DNA from: Deltaproteobacteria bacterium
GTDB taxonomy: Bacteria > Bdellovibrionota > UBA2394
Direction: 5' to 3'
DNA length: 64,000 nt
Assembly: GCA_017302715.1 (NCBI GenBank)
Contig: JAFLCD010000003.1
Coordinates: 83,154 to 147,153 of the forward strand
Numbering within the stretch: the first letter of the stretch is position 1; every line of letters starts with the position of its first letter. The position numbers and the translations under genes were made by a program. The notes beneath the pieces are model-generated. The model ran no database searches. It had not been told where the DNA came from and saw only the letters and a list, made by a program, of their open reading frames with translations. Positions 28,622 through 38,739 of the stretch are shown here, one piece after another.

Positions 28622-30352
28622 CTATAAATTTTCTTCGTTGTGTTCTAAATGGAATTCAATTTTCTCTGAACAAGAATGAATCACTTCTTCTTTATGAGAG
28701 ACGATAATAAGTGTCTTGTGCCCGACAAGCGCTTTTAATTCTGAAAGAATTTCTTTTTCAGTTTTGGTGTCAAGTCCCGCTGTTACTTCATCAAGAATTA
28801 AAATCTTTGGATCGAAATAAAGTGCTCTAGCGAGCCCCAATCGTTGACGTTGACCTCCTGAAAATCGAATGCCTTTATCGCCAACCAAAGAATTTAAGCC
28901 TTCCGGAAGAGATTTGACATAGTCATACAAGCGAGCACCAGCTAAAGCGCTCCAAATTTGCTTATCATCATGCTCTCCACATTCGATGCCAAAAGCTATA
29001 TTTTCTCGAACGGTTCCATCTAGGACAAAAACTGTTTGTGAAACGTAACCGATATTTTTTCTCCAAGAATTAAGATCATCAAAAATATTTAAACCAGCCG
29101 ATAAAATTTTGCCCTCCGAGGGCTCAAGTAGCCCCAAAAGCAAATTAACCATTGTAGACTTTCCGGAGCCAGACGGTCCAAAAAAGGCGACCGCATGATT
29201 TTTTTTTATCGTATGGGATAAATTTTTTAAAATAAATCGGTTGGTGTTTTTATAGCGAAATGAAATATTTTGAATTTCAATTTCGCTATCAAACTTTAAT
29301 TTCAAGTGATCTTCCTTTGGTCGGTCATATGAAATTTTTATTTGATCTAGCTCTCTTTGCAAAAACTCAATTGATGGTTGGAAAAAAGAAACTTGATTTA
29401 CGCAAGAAATGAATCTGCTGATAGATGGCATAATACGATAGGCAGCAGCTATGAAAAGTCCAAGAATAGGAATTGGCGACTCATTACCTCCACTTCTAAT
29501 AAAAATGATTAAAGATATAAAAAGTGCACCACCAATCATAATTATTTCCATCAAAGGCCGCGGCAACTCGCCTAATACACGCATTTTACGTACAGAATCC
29601 GAATGATCATCTACGGCGGCGGAATATCTTTTGAAGAAATATTTTTGGCTACCGAATATCTTTACTTCTTTGATTCCGAGAAAAGTCTGATCAATCCATT
29701 TATAGATTAAAAAACCTTCGCGCTGGGCCCTTGCTCCTGAATTTGCTAGTTTTCTATTCACATAAAAATAATAGACAAAAAGAAAACCGAGAAGAACGAG
29801 GGCCACAATAATAGTGGATGTGCCACTGACTATGAGCAGAAGAGCAAATATCATAATGACGGTAAGTGCTTCATTTATGAGAGAAAGAATTGGCCATAGA
29901 ATGCCATCAAATATATTTGTCACTTCAAGCTCAATAGTTCTGGAAAGTCGATGAGTTTCGCGTTCTAAATGAATCATGTAGGGCGCATGAATATAAGCCT
30001 TCATAAAACGCTTAGAGAGAGAGTTTCGTTCCTCCGAAACCCATCGAGTTTGGCGATCTATGATAAATAATAAAAAAATATTTTTTGTTAAATATAAAAC
30101 TAAAAGCACTAAACTTAAAGTAAGAAGGGCGTGGTGCTGGAAAAAGGGAATAGAAATTCTGTTAACTCGCTCATACCAAGGAGAATTTTGAATATCATTC
30201 ATCTGACTAATGAAACTAATCAGAGGTAATAACAGGCTCATCACTACTATCTCTAAAAATCCAGAGATAGAAAAGAAGAAGAGGAGAAGTAAGATTCTTC
30301 TTTTAGCTCGAGTGTCCAGAATGTGCCAGAGTTGGCTTACTAATTTTGCCAC
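28622..30352 (-). CDS. ABC transporter, fused permease/ATPase (MsbA/PglK-like type I exporter)
   Basis: 576 aa with six N-terminal TM helices. Walker A (GPSGSGKST), signature (LSGGQRQRLGLARAL), Walker B (ILILDE). Confidence 0.85.
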   Translation of the reverse strand: MAKLVSQLWHILDTRAKRRILLLLFFFSISGFLEIVVMSLLLPLISFISQMNDIQNSPWYERVNRISIPFFQHHALLTLSLVLLVLYLTKNIFLLFIIDRQTRWVSEERNSLSKRFMKAYIHAPYMIHLERETHRLSRTIELEVTNIFDGILWPILSLINEALTVIMIFALLLIVSGTSTIIVALVLLGFLFVYYFYVNRKLANSGARAQREGFLIYKWIDQTFLGIKEVKIFGSQKYFFKRYSAAVDDHSDSVRKMRVLGELPRPLMEIIMIGGALFISLIIFIRSGGNESPIPILGLFIAAAYRIMPSISRFISCVNQVSFFQPSIEFLQRELDQIKISYDRPKEDHLKLKFDSEIEIQNISFRYKNTNRFILKNLSHTIKKNHAVAFFGPSGSGKSTMVNLLLGLLEPSEGKILSAGLNIFDDLNSWRKNIGYVSQTVFVLDGTVRENIAFGIECGEHDDKQIWSALAGARLYDYVKSLPEGLNSLVGDKGIRFSGGQRQRLGLARALYFDPKILILDEVTAGLDTKTEKEILSELKALVGHKTLIIVSHKEEVIHSCSEKIEFHLEHNEENL

Positions 30353-30459
30353 TACAATTCATCCCTAAAAAATTTAAAATACCTCTTTCTAAAATTTAAG
30401 CCAAGCTTGTCTATAGTTTGAAACAACTTTGCTAATTCAGCCAAATTCAGTTTACTAAG

Positions 30460-31110
30460 TTGATGAAAGTTCATCTTGGTTGTGGGGACCGTTATTTAGA
30501 TGGATACCTAAATATTGATTTGCCAACTAGTGATCACAGCGTGATGACTCAGTTAAAAATTGATAAGATTGCAAATGTAACTGAGTTATCTTTTCCCAAA
30601 GTTTCGATACAAGAAGTTCGCCTTCATCATTTGTTTGAGCATTTCAATCGCCCGCAATCTTTTGCTTTTATAGCTGCATGGCGGTCATGGCTAGTCCCTT
30701 TTGGCCTTCTTCGAATTGAAGTTCCTGATTTTAGGCGCACTGCTTGGTCAATTCTTTCTCCATTTTCTTCTTCAAAGACTAAAATGACAGGCATTCGACA
30801 TCTATTTGGATCTCACGAGTCTTCATGGGCCATTCATTGTGAGGGTTGGACCGTTGCTTCTCTGACAGATTTGCTAAAAGCTTTTGATTTTAAGATTATC
30901 AAGTGTCAAAAAAACTCTTGGAAGCATACTTACAATTTTGAAATTTTTGCAATTCGTTCTGAAAAAGAAATAAGTCTAGAAATGGCCTGTCAGATAGCAG
31001 AAAAAAATCTTAAAAATTATTTAGTCGACTTCACTGATTCTGAAGTGAAAATGCTGGCGGTATGGAAGAAAAAATTTCAAGAAACAGCAGTAAATTGCTG
31101 GGGAAAATAG
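30460..31110 (+). CDS. hypothetical protein, possible class I SAM-dependent methyltransferase-like
   Basis: N-terminal VHLGCGDRYLDGYLNID and later LHHLFEHF resemble methyltransferase motif I and post-I. Weak. Confidence 0.3.
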   Translation: MMKVHLGCGDRYLDGYLNIDLPTSDHSVMTQLKIDKIANVTELSFPKVSIQEVRLHHLFEHFNRPQSFAFIAAWRSWLVPFGLLRIEVPDFRRTAWSILSPFSSSKTKMTGIRHLFGSHESSWAIHCEGWTVASLTDLLKAFDFKIIKCQKNSWKHTYNFEIFAIRSEKEISLEMACQIAEKNLKNYLVDFTDSEVKMLAVWKKKFQETAVNCWGK

Positions 31111-31113
31111 ATC

Positions 31114-32292
31114 TTGAAAGTTTTACATACTGTTGAATTTTACCATCCAAGCAAAGGCGGAGCTCAGGAGGCTATTCGGCAAATCTCAGAAGCATTGGTG
31201 AGGCTGGGACATGAAGTCACAGTTGCTACCACTTTTGATCCTGATAGAAACTTTTCGGAACTAAATGGAGTAAAAATTAAGGAATTTTCGATAAGTGGAA
31301 ATTGGGTAAGTGGGGTTAAAGGTGACCTCGAGGGTTACAGAAATTTTGTGCGAAATTCTAATTTTGATATTGTATTGAATTATGCCGCTCAACAGTGGAC
31401 GACGGACGCACTTTTAGATGTATTGCCAGAAATTAAATCAAAGAAAATATTGGTGCCCTGTGGTTTTTCTGGCCTTTATAATTCCCATTACAAAAATTAT
31501 TTTCAAAAAATGAGGGAATGGCTTTTGCTCTATGATAGTTGTATTTTTTTATCTCGGAATTATCGCGATTATGAATTTGCAAAAATTGTTGGTATTAAAA
31601 ATATACAGTGTATTCCAAATGGAGCTTCTCGAGCGGAGTTTGAATTGGAATTTGATTGCTCTCTTCGAAGACAATTAGGAATTCCTAATGACGCTTTTCT
31701 TATTTTGCATGTGGGATCATTCACAAAACTTAAGGGTCAGTACGAGGCTTTAAAGATCTTTTCTCTCTCTAAGATTAGAAATTCTTATTTTTTACTTATT
31801 GGAAATACTTCAAATTACTTTGATTTTCTTCGCTGTAAATTTTTGTGCCATTTTATCAATATAAAATCCTTCTTCTCAGGTTCTAAAAAGAAAGTTTTAA
31901 TTCGAAATCTTCCTCGTGAATCTACGGTCGCAGCTTTTCATGAAGCTGATCTTTTTCTTTTTCCTTCTCGAATCGAATGCTCTCCTCTTGTTTTATTTGA
32001 AGCTATGGCATCTAAATGCGCGTTCTTAGTGAGCAGAGTTGGTAATGCTGAAGAAATTATTTCTTTGTCGAATGGCGGTTTTTTGATTGAGGGAGATCTT
32101 GACCCATTGGGGTATTCTGTCCCGAATCTAAAAAATGGAGCAAAAAAATTATCTGATCTTTGGCAAAATCCTACTTTAAGAAATGAGAGTGCTCAGAATG
32201 GCTTTTTGACTTGGCAAGAGTCGTTTACATGGGAGTCAATAGCTGTGCGTTATGAGCATTTATACAAAAAGCTCATTAGTGAAAAAATATGA
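31114..32292 (+). CDS. glycosyltransferase family 1 (GT4-type)
   Basis: GT-B architecture: N-terminal KVLHTVEFYHPSKGGAQE and a C-terminal EX7E-like region (FPSRIECSPLVLFEAMA). TTG start. Confidence 0.75.
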   Translation: MKVLHTVEFYHPSKGGAQEAIRQISEALVRLGHEVTVATTFDPDRNFSELNGVKIKEFSISGNWVSGVKGDLEGYRNFVRNSNFDIVLNYAAQQWTTDALLDVLPEIKSKKILVPCGFSGLYNSHYKNYFQKMREWLLLYDSCIFLSRNYRDYEFAKIVGIKNIQCIPNGASRAEFELEFDCSLRRQLGIPNDAFLILHVGSFTKLKGQYEALKIFSLSKIRNSYFLLIGNTSNYFDFLRCKFLCHFINIKSFFSGSKKKVLIRNLPRESTVAAFHEADLFLFPSRIECSPLVLFEAMASKCAFLVSRVGNAEEIISLSNGGFLIEGDLDPLGYSVPNLKNGAKKLSDLWQNPTLRNESAQNGFLTWQESFTWESIAVRYEHLYKKLISEKI

Positions 32293-33401
32293 GTTATAAA
32301 ACCCCACCTTTGATTTCAGTTTTGATGCCCGTCTTCAACGGAGAGAAATATCTTGATGCTGCTATTAGAAGTGTTTTGCGACAAAGTTATTCTCATTTTG
32401 AGCTTATCATTTTAAATGACGGTTCTACTGATGGGAGCGCAAAAATAATTCAATCCTTTAAAGATCCTCGAATTATCTATATCAAAAATGATCAAAACTT
32501 AGGGCTCGTCAAAACTCCAAATCTTGGAATTGAAAGGGCTAGAGGTCAGTATATTGCTCGAATAGACAGTGATGACATTCTCTTTTCTGATCGCTTCATG
32601 AAGCAGGTGGATTTTTTAGAATCTCACCCGGACGCCGTAGCGTGTGGAAGCTGGTATTTTACTATGAAGTTTTTACCAAATACCTTAGTAAAAGTGCCAA
32701 CCCGGCCTGAAGACATTGCTTCGGAGCTTATCTTCAAGAATGTAATGGCTCATTCGAGTATGATGATGCGAGCTGATAGCCTTCGGCAGTATAAAATTTT
32801 CTATTCGGATAAATACCCATTTATCGAAGACTGGGAATTATGGTTAAGACTTTCTAAAGTAGGGCGACTCTATAATATTCCGGAGCCATTGTTTCTTTAT
32901 CGGCTGCATTCTCAAAGCGTAAGCTTTAAAAACTTCGATGTTCAAAATCAAAGTATTCAAAAAATTATCGCCTCCTCCTTTGAAAGTTTTGGAATCGATT
33001 TGTCGGTCGAAGAGAGTCAGGCATTGTACGACTTGGTAAATTCTGATCGTAATCTTCAGTTCGATTTATTAAAAAAAGTTGAAAGTTTGCTTCTGAAAAT
33101 AAAACAAAGAAATGAAATTCAAAAAGTGATTGCCACTCAAAGCTTTGAAATGACTTTAGCTCGTCTGTGGTTTCGTATTGTGCTCAAATTTTCTAAGCGA
33201 GGTTTAGATACTTGGAAAACTTATTATCAATCGCCGTTAAGAAGGCAGGATATAGTCTCTTCATTTTCTTTATTCGTTTTTTTTATGCTTTGTTTTTTCA
33301 AGCAGAGATTAAGACTTCATTCTATAAAACAATGGATGGAGTCTTGGACTTCTAAAGCTTTTTATAGAGCTCTATTTGAGATTGTCGCCGTGAGAAAATA
33401 A
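32289..33401 (+). CDS. glycosyltransferase family 2
   Basis: ISVLMPVFNGEKYLDAAIRSVLRQSY..FELIILNDGSTDGS and a DxD motif (IDSDDIL). ATGA overlap with the upstream GT4. Confidence 0.75.
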   Translation: MSYKTPPLISVLMPVFNGEKYLDAAIRSVLRQSYSHFELIILNDGSTDGSAKIIQSFKDPRIIYIKNDQNLGLVKTPNLGIERARGQYIARIDSDDILFSDRFMKQVDFLESHPDAVACGSWYFTMKFLPNTLVKVPTRPEDIASELIFKNVMAHSSMMMRADSLRQYKIFYSDKYPFIEDWELWLRLSKVGRLYNIPEPLFLYRLHSQSVSFKNFDVQNQSIQKIIASSFESFGIDLSVEESQALYDLVNSDRNLQFDLLKKVESLLLKIKQRNEIQKVIATQSFEMTLARLWFRIVLKFSKRGLDTWKTYYQSPLRRQDIVSSFSLFVFFMLCFFKQRLRLHSIKQWMESWTSKAFYRALFEIVAVRK

Positions 33402-33436
33402 AAAACCCCCGAAGATTTCTCTGCGGGGGTTTTGAA
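33402..33436. terminator. bidirectional rho-independent terminator hairpin between convergent GT2 gene and pilin gene
   Basis: AAAAACCCCCGAAGATTTCTCTGCGGGGGTTTTG: a 6-bp GC stem (CCCCCG/CGGGGG) flanked by an A-run and a T-run. Confidence 0.7.
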
Positions 33437-33458
33437 AATACTTTTGCTAACTTGATTA

Positions 33459-34058
33459 TTAGTTAAGTTCGCCGAAGATCTGAATTCCACCAGCATTTGG
33501 TGTGCCATTAGTAACGGATATATCTCTCCAAAATGCAGAGTAAGGAGCTGATCCATCAAGATCTCCTTGAGCAATCGCGGATACGGATTGTGTGCTGCTG
33601 CTACCATCGGTAATAGCTCCAGCTGCTGATGCAGTAGCTAAGTTAGTACTTGCCGCTGTAACTAAAGCTGTACCAGCAGGAGTGCCGCTCAGTACGCCAG
33701 CGTTATAAGCGAACAAAACAGGAGACGAACTTGCGAATCCAAGTACGTTAAAGGCTCCAGCGTCTACGCCGCTTTCCCAGGCTACTTTAGCACCAGTAGG
33801 AGTTGTTCTTGGAACAGAAACTGTTTGAGCCATAAAAGTTGGGACAGCTTCACCACCGCCCGAAGAGGCAGCTCTTGGACGTGTGAAGAAAGTTACTTCA
33901 GCATCAACCAAGTTTTTCAAAAGCAAAGGTGCTTCTGCAGTTTTCGATCGTTTGATGTAATTTAAGAACGCTGGGATCGCCACAGCGGCCAAGATTCCGA
34001 TGATCGCCACAACGATCATAAGCTCGATAAGGGTGAAACCCTTTTTTGTCATTTTCAT
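33459..34058 (-). CDS. type IV pilin, second copy (short 6-aa leader, G|FTLIELM)
   Basis: MKMTKKG then [24 protein letters not shown]..., a classic type IVa prepilin N-terminus. Ala/Gly/Ser/Thr-rich C-terminal domain. Confidence 0.8.
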   Translation of the reverse strand: MKMTKKGFTLIELMIVVAIIGILAAVAIPAFLNYIKRSKTAEAPLLLKNLVDAEVTFFTRPRAASSGGGEAVPTFMAQTVSVPRTTPTGAKVAWESGVDAGAFNVLGFASSSPVLFAYNAGVLSGTPAGTALVTAASTNLATASAAGAITDGSSSTQSVSAIAQGDLDGSAPYSAFWRDISVTNGTPNAGGIQIFGELN

Positions 34059-34353
34059 AAAGTCCTCCTAAAAAAATTTATTTTCATCCCTTCTCGAGCG
34101 CGGCTTTGAGATCGCACCGAGAAATTCCTCTACCGACCATCATCTCCTAAAGCATAAGTCATGCCAAAGAATTTCAAGCGAAAATCCATGACGCGCTGCG
34201 GCTCTAAGTTATGAAAATCTCTAGGTAAGTTTAATGTTTTCGTTTCTCTGAACCAAGCTAAATTATCGGCACAAAATGTAACGAAAAATGTCGCTTTTGA
34301 CGTGCTTTAGTCTTTTGTGACAAATTTTGTCGCCCTCTATAAGATCTAGTTTC

Positions 34354-35415
34354 ATGTCGGTTTCGGTAATTATTCCCTGCTTAAACGAAGAAGGCTCCAT
34401 CGAGGAATGTATTCGTTTGGTGAAAGCGGCGTTTGCGGGCGAGGGCAAACTCGAAATTATAGTCGCTGACAACGGTTCTACGGATCGTTCGAGTGAACTC
34501 GCCAAAAAAGCTGGTGCCCGGGTGGTCGAAGAGCGCCGCCAAGGATATGGTTCAGCCATTTTATGTGGAATCCGCGAAGCGACAGGCGAGTTCTTGGTCA
34601 TAGGAGACGCCGACAATACTTATGACTTTAGGGACGCTGCCATTCTTGTTGAAAAATTAAAAGAAGGTGCCGAGTTTGCAATCGGCGATCGGATTCACGG
34701 TGAAGTCGATAAAGGTGCGATGCCTTGGTTGCATATGCATTTAGGTACGCCGGTGTTGACCTGGGTGCTCAATCAATTTTTTGGATGCCGTGTTCACGAT
34801 ATTAACTGCGGACTTCGTGCGATTCGTCGCGAGGCCGTTGAACGTTTGCGCTTACGATCTCCCGGAATGGAATTCGCGAGCGAGATGGTGATTCATGCGC
34901 AAAAAGCCGGACTTAAATTTGCAGAGACTCCGATTCGCTATTACAGACGTCATCACGGTCAAGCGAAGCTCAGAACATTTCGCGATGGCTGGCGACATTT
35001 GCGTTTCATTTTGCTCTGCGCTCCTTTTCCTCTTTATTTTTTGCCGGCGGCGGCGAGTGCTATTTTGAGTGCATATTTTTATACGCAGCCTCGGTTAGGG
35101 TTTTTGGTGCTTGCAAGTTTATTTAGCTTGGCGGCGTTTCAGTTTTTTATTTTCGGCGTTTTAGCCAAAACTTATTTATGGGTCGCCGATTCTTTTTTGG
35201 TCGATAGGGGATTTGGAAGTTTGATAGATAAATTCAAACTCGAATATGGAATTCTCACTTCGCTTTTATTTTTATTGGGCGGAATCGTTTTAGTGAGAGA
35301 ATTCGACATTTCAAATTTGATTCGCGGTGCATCACTGATTGCTCTTTCGCTTCAAATTTTCTTCTCCTCGTTTTTACTCTCTACGATCATGTTTAAAAAA
35401 CGAGACACGATTTAA
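34354..35415 (+). CDS. GT2 polyprenyl-phosphate glycosyltransferase (DPM1/GtrB/ArnC-like) with C-terminal TM helices
   Basis: VSVIIPCLNEEGSIEECI...IIVADNGSTDRS...GYGSAIL.G...GEFLVIGDADNTYD followed by hydrophobic helices. Start set to the internal ATG (MSVSVII). Locally higher GC than neighbouring genes. Confidence 0.7.
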   Translation: MSVSVIIPCLNEEGSIEECIRLVKAAFAGEGKLEIIVADNGSTDRSSELAKKAGARVVEERRQGYGSAILCGIREATGEFLVIGDADNTYDFRDAAILVEKLKEGAEFAIGDRIHGEVDKGAMPWLHMHLGTPVLTWVLNQFFGCRVHDINCGLRAIRREAVERLRLRSPGMEFASEMVIHAQKAGLKFAETPIRYYRRHHGQAKLRTFRDGWRHLRFILLCAPFPLYFLPAAASAILSAYFYTQPRLGFLVLASLFSLAAFQFFIFGVLAKTYLWVADSFLVDRGFGSLIDKFKLEYGILTSLLFLLGGIVLVREFDISNLIRGASLIALSLQIFFSSFLLSTIMFKKRDTI

Positions 35416-35436
35416 TCTCTGCCTTATTCTTAAGGG

Positions 35437-35754
35437 ATGAGTGCGCAGCTTGAATGTGTCGGTGTTGATATTTTTGTTTGGTCGAATGGCGGAATTCCAA
35501 AAGTTCCTGCTGAAATAGCAGGTCTCAAAATGGATTGTATTTCTCAGCGTGGACTAAAATGTTCTCCGGGACCTACGCCCGAAGGTTTGATCGTCGATTG
35601 GTATGTGTGTCGCTACACAAGTAAATCGGATGTAGGTGACGATGCGATTCAAAAATTGTTGAGCGAAATTTCTAAGCAGATGAAGTGGGAAAAAGTTCAA
35701 AAACTTTTTCGCCAAAACAATATCGATTTATTTTCAAAGGTGTACGAAGCATGA
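35437..35754 (+). CDS. hypothetical small protein
   Basis: 105 aa ORF between the GT2 gene and the dehydrogenase; no motifs. May be non-coding. Confidence 0.3.
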   Translation: MSAQLECVGVDIFVWSNGGIPKVPAEIAGLKMDCISQRGLKCSPGPTPEGLIVDWYVCRYTSKSDVGDDAIQKLLSEISKQMKWEKVQKLFRQNNIDLFSKVYEA

Positions 35755-36752
35755 GCATCAAAGTCGCTCTTCTTAAAGGTGATGGCATCGGTCCTGAAAT
35801 TTGTCAGGCGATGATGGAAATTTTTACTCAGCTAAAGGCCCCCATCGAATGGATCGATGTTCCCTGCGGTGAAGATACATTTGAAAAAATGGGTTCATCG
35901 ATGCCGATCTCATCGATCGATGCGATTAAAGAACTCAAGGTTGCCATTAAAGGCCCGACGGCCACTCCCATTGGAGGAGGAAGAAAATCAGCGAACGTAG
36001 TTTTAAGAAAATCTCTCGATCTTTATTCGAATGTGCGACCTGCTCAAAGTATTCCTGGAGTGGAAACTCCGTTTAAAAATGTAGATTTGATTATTATTCG
36101 CGAGAATACCGAAGATGTTTATGCAGCGATTGAACACACGTTGCATCCAGATGTTTGGCAGTGTTTAAAGATTATCACTCGACCGGGAAGCGAGCGCATC
36201 TGTCGTTATGCTTTTGAAATGGCGAGAAACTTAAAACGAAAAAAAGTCACCTGCGTGCACAAAGCTAACATCATGAAACTCACTGACGGAAAATTTTTAG
36301 AAATTTTTCGAGAGGTTGCCAAAGATTTTCCTGAAATCGAAGCGAATGATGTGATTGTCGATAATGTGTGCATGCAATTGGTTTCAAAGCCTCAACAATA
36401 CGATGTGATGGTAACTCAGAATTTATATGGCGATATTATTTCGGATCTTTGTGCGGGTCTGATTGGAGGCCTCGGAGTCGCCGGAGGTGCCAACATCGGA
36501 AAGAAGGCCGCTGTTTTTGAAGCGGTACACGGAACGGCTCCAGACATCGCCGGAAAAAATATGGCGAATCCAACGGCTTTATTGTTATCGAGCGCGATGA
36601 TGCTCGAGCATTTAAAATTATTTGAGGAAGCCAAGCGTTTGCGAAATTCTTTGTTCAAAGTGATTCAAGAAGGCAAGTCCACGACGAAAGATCTTAAAGG
36701 TTCAGGCACAACCAAAGAATTTACCGAAGCGATTTGCAGAAATTTTACTTAA
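35751..36752 (+). CDS. isocitrate/isopropylmalate dehydrogenase family protein, probably NAD-dependent isocitrate dehydrogenase
   Basis: Start at the ATG giving [17 protein letters not shown]. The [19 protein letters not shown] motif is typical of IDH/IMDH. Confidence 0.75.
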   Translation: MSIKVALLKGDGIGPEICQAMMEIFTQLKAPIEWIDVPCGEDTFEKMGSSMPISSIDAIKELKVAIKGPTATPIGGGRKSANVVLRKSLDLYSNVRPAQSIPGVETPFKNVDLIIIRENTEDVYAAIEHTLHPDVWQCLKIITRPGSERICRYAFEMARNLKRKKVTCVHKANIMKLTDGKFLEIFREVAKDFPEIEANDVIVDNVCMQLVSKPQQYDVMVTQNLYGDIISDLCAGLIGGLGVAGGANIGKKAAVFEAVHGTAPDIAGKNMANPTALLLSSAMMLEHLKLFEEAKRLRNSLFKVIQEGKSTTKDLKGSGTTKEFTEAICRNFT

Positions 36753-38739
36753 AAAATTCTTGAAAGCGCTCTTCGACGATTGAGCGCGTTAGCAATTCTG
36801 GAAAAACAGAAGTTTTGTTTTTAGAAATCAGCATCGCAAACGGAATTCCAGCTCGATCATATTTTTTTAAGAATGCTCCGATCGCCTCATCTCGCTGAGT
36901 CCAATCAGCTTTTAAAAAAACGACGTTTTCTTTTTTTAGTAATTTTTGAAACCATTCGTTTTCAATAACTGTTTTTTCGTTAAATTTACAAGTTAAGCAC
37001 CAGTCGGCAGTGATTTCGACAAAAACGGTTCTTCCGTTTTCTAAATATTGTTTAAGTTGGCTCTCCGAAAAAATTTCTGCATTTTCTTTAGCTGCACGTT
37101 CGGCCATTAATACGCGTTTCGAAAATTGCGCAGTATAAACACCAAAAAATCCGATCGCTGCGACTAAAATCCAGCGGAAGGTTCGTCGAAACTCGCGAAC
37201 GGCCACAAATAAAAGCGCGAGAAGCGAAAGCAGCATGAACAAAAATAAATTTTCAGTCTGTTGATGAACCACATAGAGAAGCCAAAGAACAGTGGCTAAA
37301 AGAGAATAGCCTAGAATTCTTTTAAAAGTGTGCATCCAATGTCCTGGCTTCGGCATAAAATGCAAAAGGCGCGGAGAGATTGTAAACAAAATAAACGGAG
37401 TCGAAAGTCCGAGCCCCATCACGATAAAAAATAAAAATAATACGCTCGGTGGTTTTGAAAGAGCAAAGCTAAGCGCAGTTCCTAAAAAAGGTGCACTGCA
37501 AGGAGTGGCGAGAAGAGTGGCGAACACGCCCTCGAAAAAAGGTCCTTGAAATGAAGTAAGTTTTGTTGCGTGAGTAGAGGAAATATGAAATTCAAAAAGT
37601 TCAAATAAATTGAGAGCGAATAAAAAAATCACGACGATCAAAAAAGTGACGAACATCGGGCTTTGAAATTGAAATCCCCAGCCGACTTGATGTCCTAAGC
37701 TTTGAAATAAAATGGTGATCCCTGCGAGAGCTGAGAAGCTCGCTAAAATTCCAGCGATGCTCAAGAGCAAAGAAGATCGAATGTTGGTTGCCTTCTCGCG
37801 CCACTTAAGAAGTGAAAGTGTTTTTAGCATTACAACAGGTAAAACGCAGGGCATGAGATTTAAAATCATTCCACCGACGAATGCAAAAAATAGCGCCCAA
37901 TAAAAATTAATACTCTCTGTTGCCGCTTCGTAAGGATTCTCGACAACACTTCCAGAAATTCCCGTGCGTCCTTCAGGTGTAGACCAAACCGCAGTCCATT
38001 CTAAATTTTTGATGGGTTTAGTAGGGCTGCTAATGATCCAGGCACCATCAGAATTTTGCTGAGGCTTCTTTAGAGAAAATTTTATGTCAGGTGCATAATA
38101 AAAAATATCTTCAACTTTTAAATCGCCAAAATGAAGTTGAAGTTCCGTTTCTGATTTCCAATTGGGCAAAAATTTTGTGGTCGACTGCGGAATCAGACGA
38201 ACTGCATTTTCAATTGTTGAAGCGAGGGGTGAGCTTTTTTCTTCTCCGATGGGCAGCTTAATTTTAAATTTTGCAGATTCAGGAACACATTGAATTTCAC
38301 AGATCAGATAATCCACAAAAATTTCTGCCTCAAATTTTTCTAAAGACTTCGAGTGATTGATAAGAATAAGTGGATAAAGCGCCTGTTTTTCGAAGCCAAA
38401 AGAAAAGTTTTCTGGCGAATTTGGAATCGCCATTCTTATGGGCGCTGGAAATAATAAATTCGAGCTCCACTCGTCTCCCGCGCTGACCACTCGAACCTTG
38501 GGCGGATATCCTATATATCCTGGATTTTTCCAATAGATATGCCAGCGAGGTTTTAGCTTAAACTCGACTGCGAACTTTACTTCTGAAGTCTTTGACGAAA
38601 TTTCATCAAATTCGCCGATGATGCGAACCGAGGAACCTTTGGCTTTGCCGTCGACCCATGGCGATTCATAAGCTTTGGCGTTCGTACAAAAAATAACGCT
38701 GACGAGCGCAATGAAAAAAAATCGCTTAAGAAGGCTCAC
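36745..38739 (-). CDS. dsbD: thiol:disulfide interchange protein DsbD
   Basis: 664 aa with a signal peptide and N-terminal periplasmic domain. Central multi-TM core carries a Cys pair (MPCVLP...CSAP), followed by a C-terminal thioredoxin domain (ADWCLTCK). Confidence 0.8.
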   Translation of the reverse strand: MSLLKRFFFIALVSVIFCTNAKAYESPWVDGKAKGSSVRIIGEFDEISSKTSEVKFAVEFKLKPRWHIYWKNPGYIGYPPKVRVVSAGDEWSSNLLFPAPIRMAIPNSPENFSFGFEKQALYPLILINHSKSLEKFEAEIFVDYLICEIQCVPESAKFKIKLPIGEEKSSPLASTIENAVRLIPQSTTKFLPNWKSETELQLHFGDLKVEDIFYYAPDIKFSLKKPQQNSDGAWIISSPTKPIKNLEWTAVWSTPEGRTGISGSVVENPYEAATESINFYWALFFAFVGGMILNLMPCVLPVVMLKTLSLLKWREKATNIRSSLLLSIAGILASFSALAGITILFQSLGHQVGWGFQFQSPMFVTFLIVVIFLFALNLFELFEFHISSTHATKLTSFQGPFFEGVFATLLATPCSAPFLGTALSFALSKPPSVLFLFFIVMGLGLSTPFILFTISPRLLHFMPKPGHWMHTFKRILGYSLLATVLWLLYVVHQQTENLFLFMLLSLLALLFVAVREFRRTFRWILVAAIGFFGVYTAQFSKRVLMAERAAKENAEIFSESQLKQYLENGRTVFVEITADWCLTCKFNEKTVIENEWFQKLLKKENVVFLKADWTQRDEAIGAFLKKYDRAGIPFAMLISKNKTSVFPELLTRSIVEERFQEFFK

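Noticed and set aside
34263-34616. 117-aa minus-strand ORF
   Set aside because: Fully antisense to the well-supported GT2 gene at 34354..35415, with no motifs; treated as a spurious ORF.
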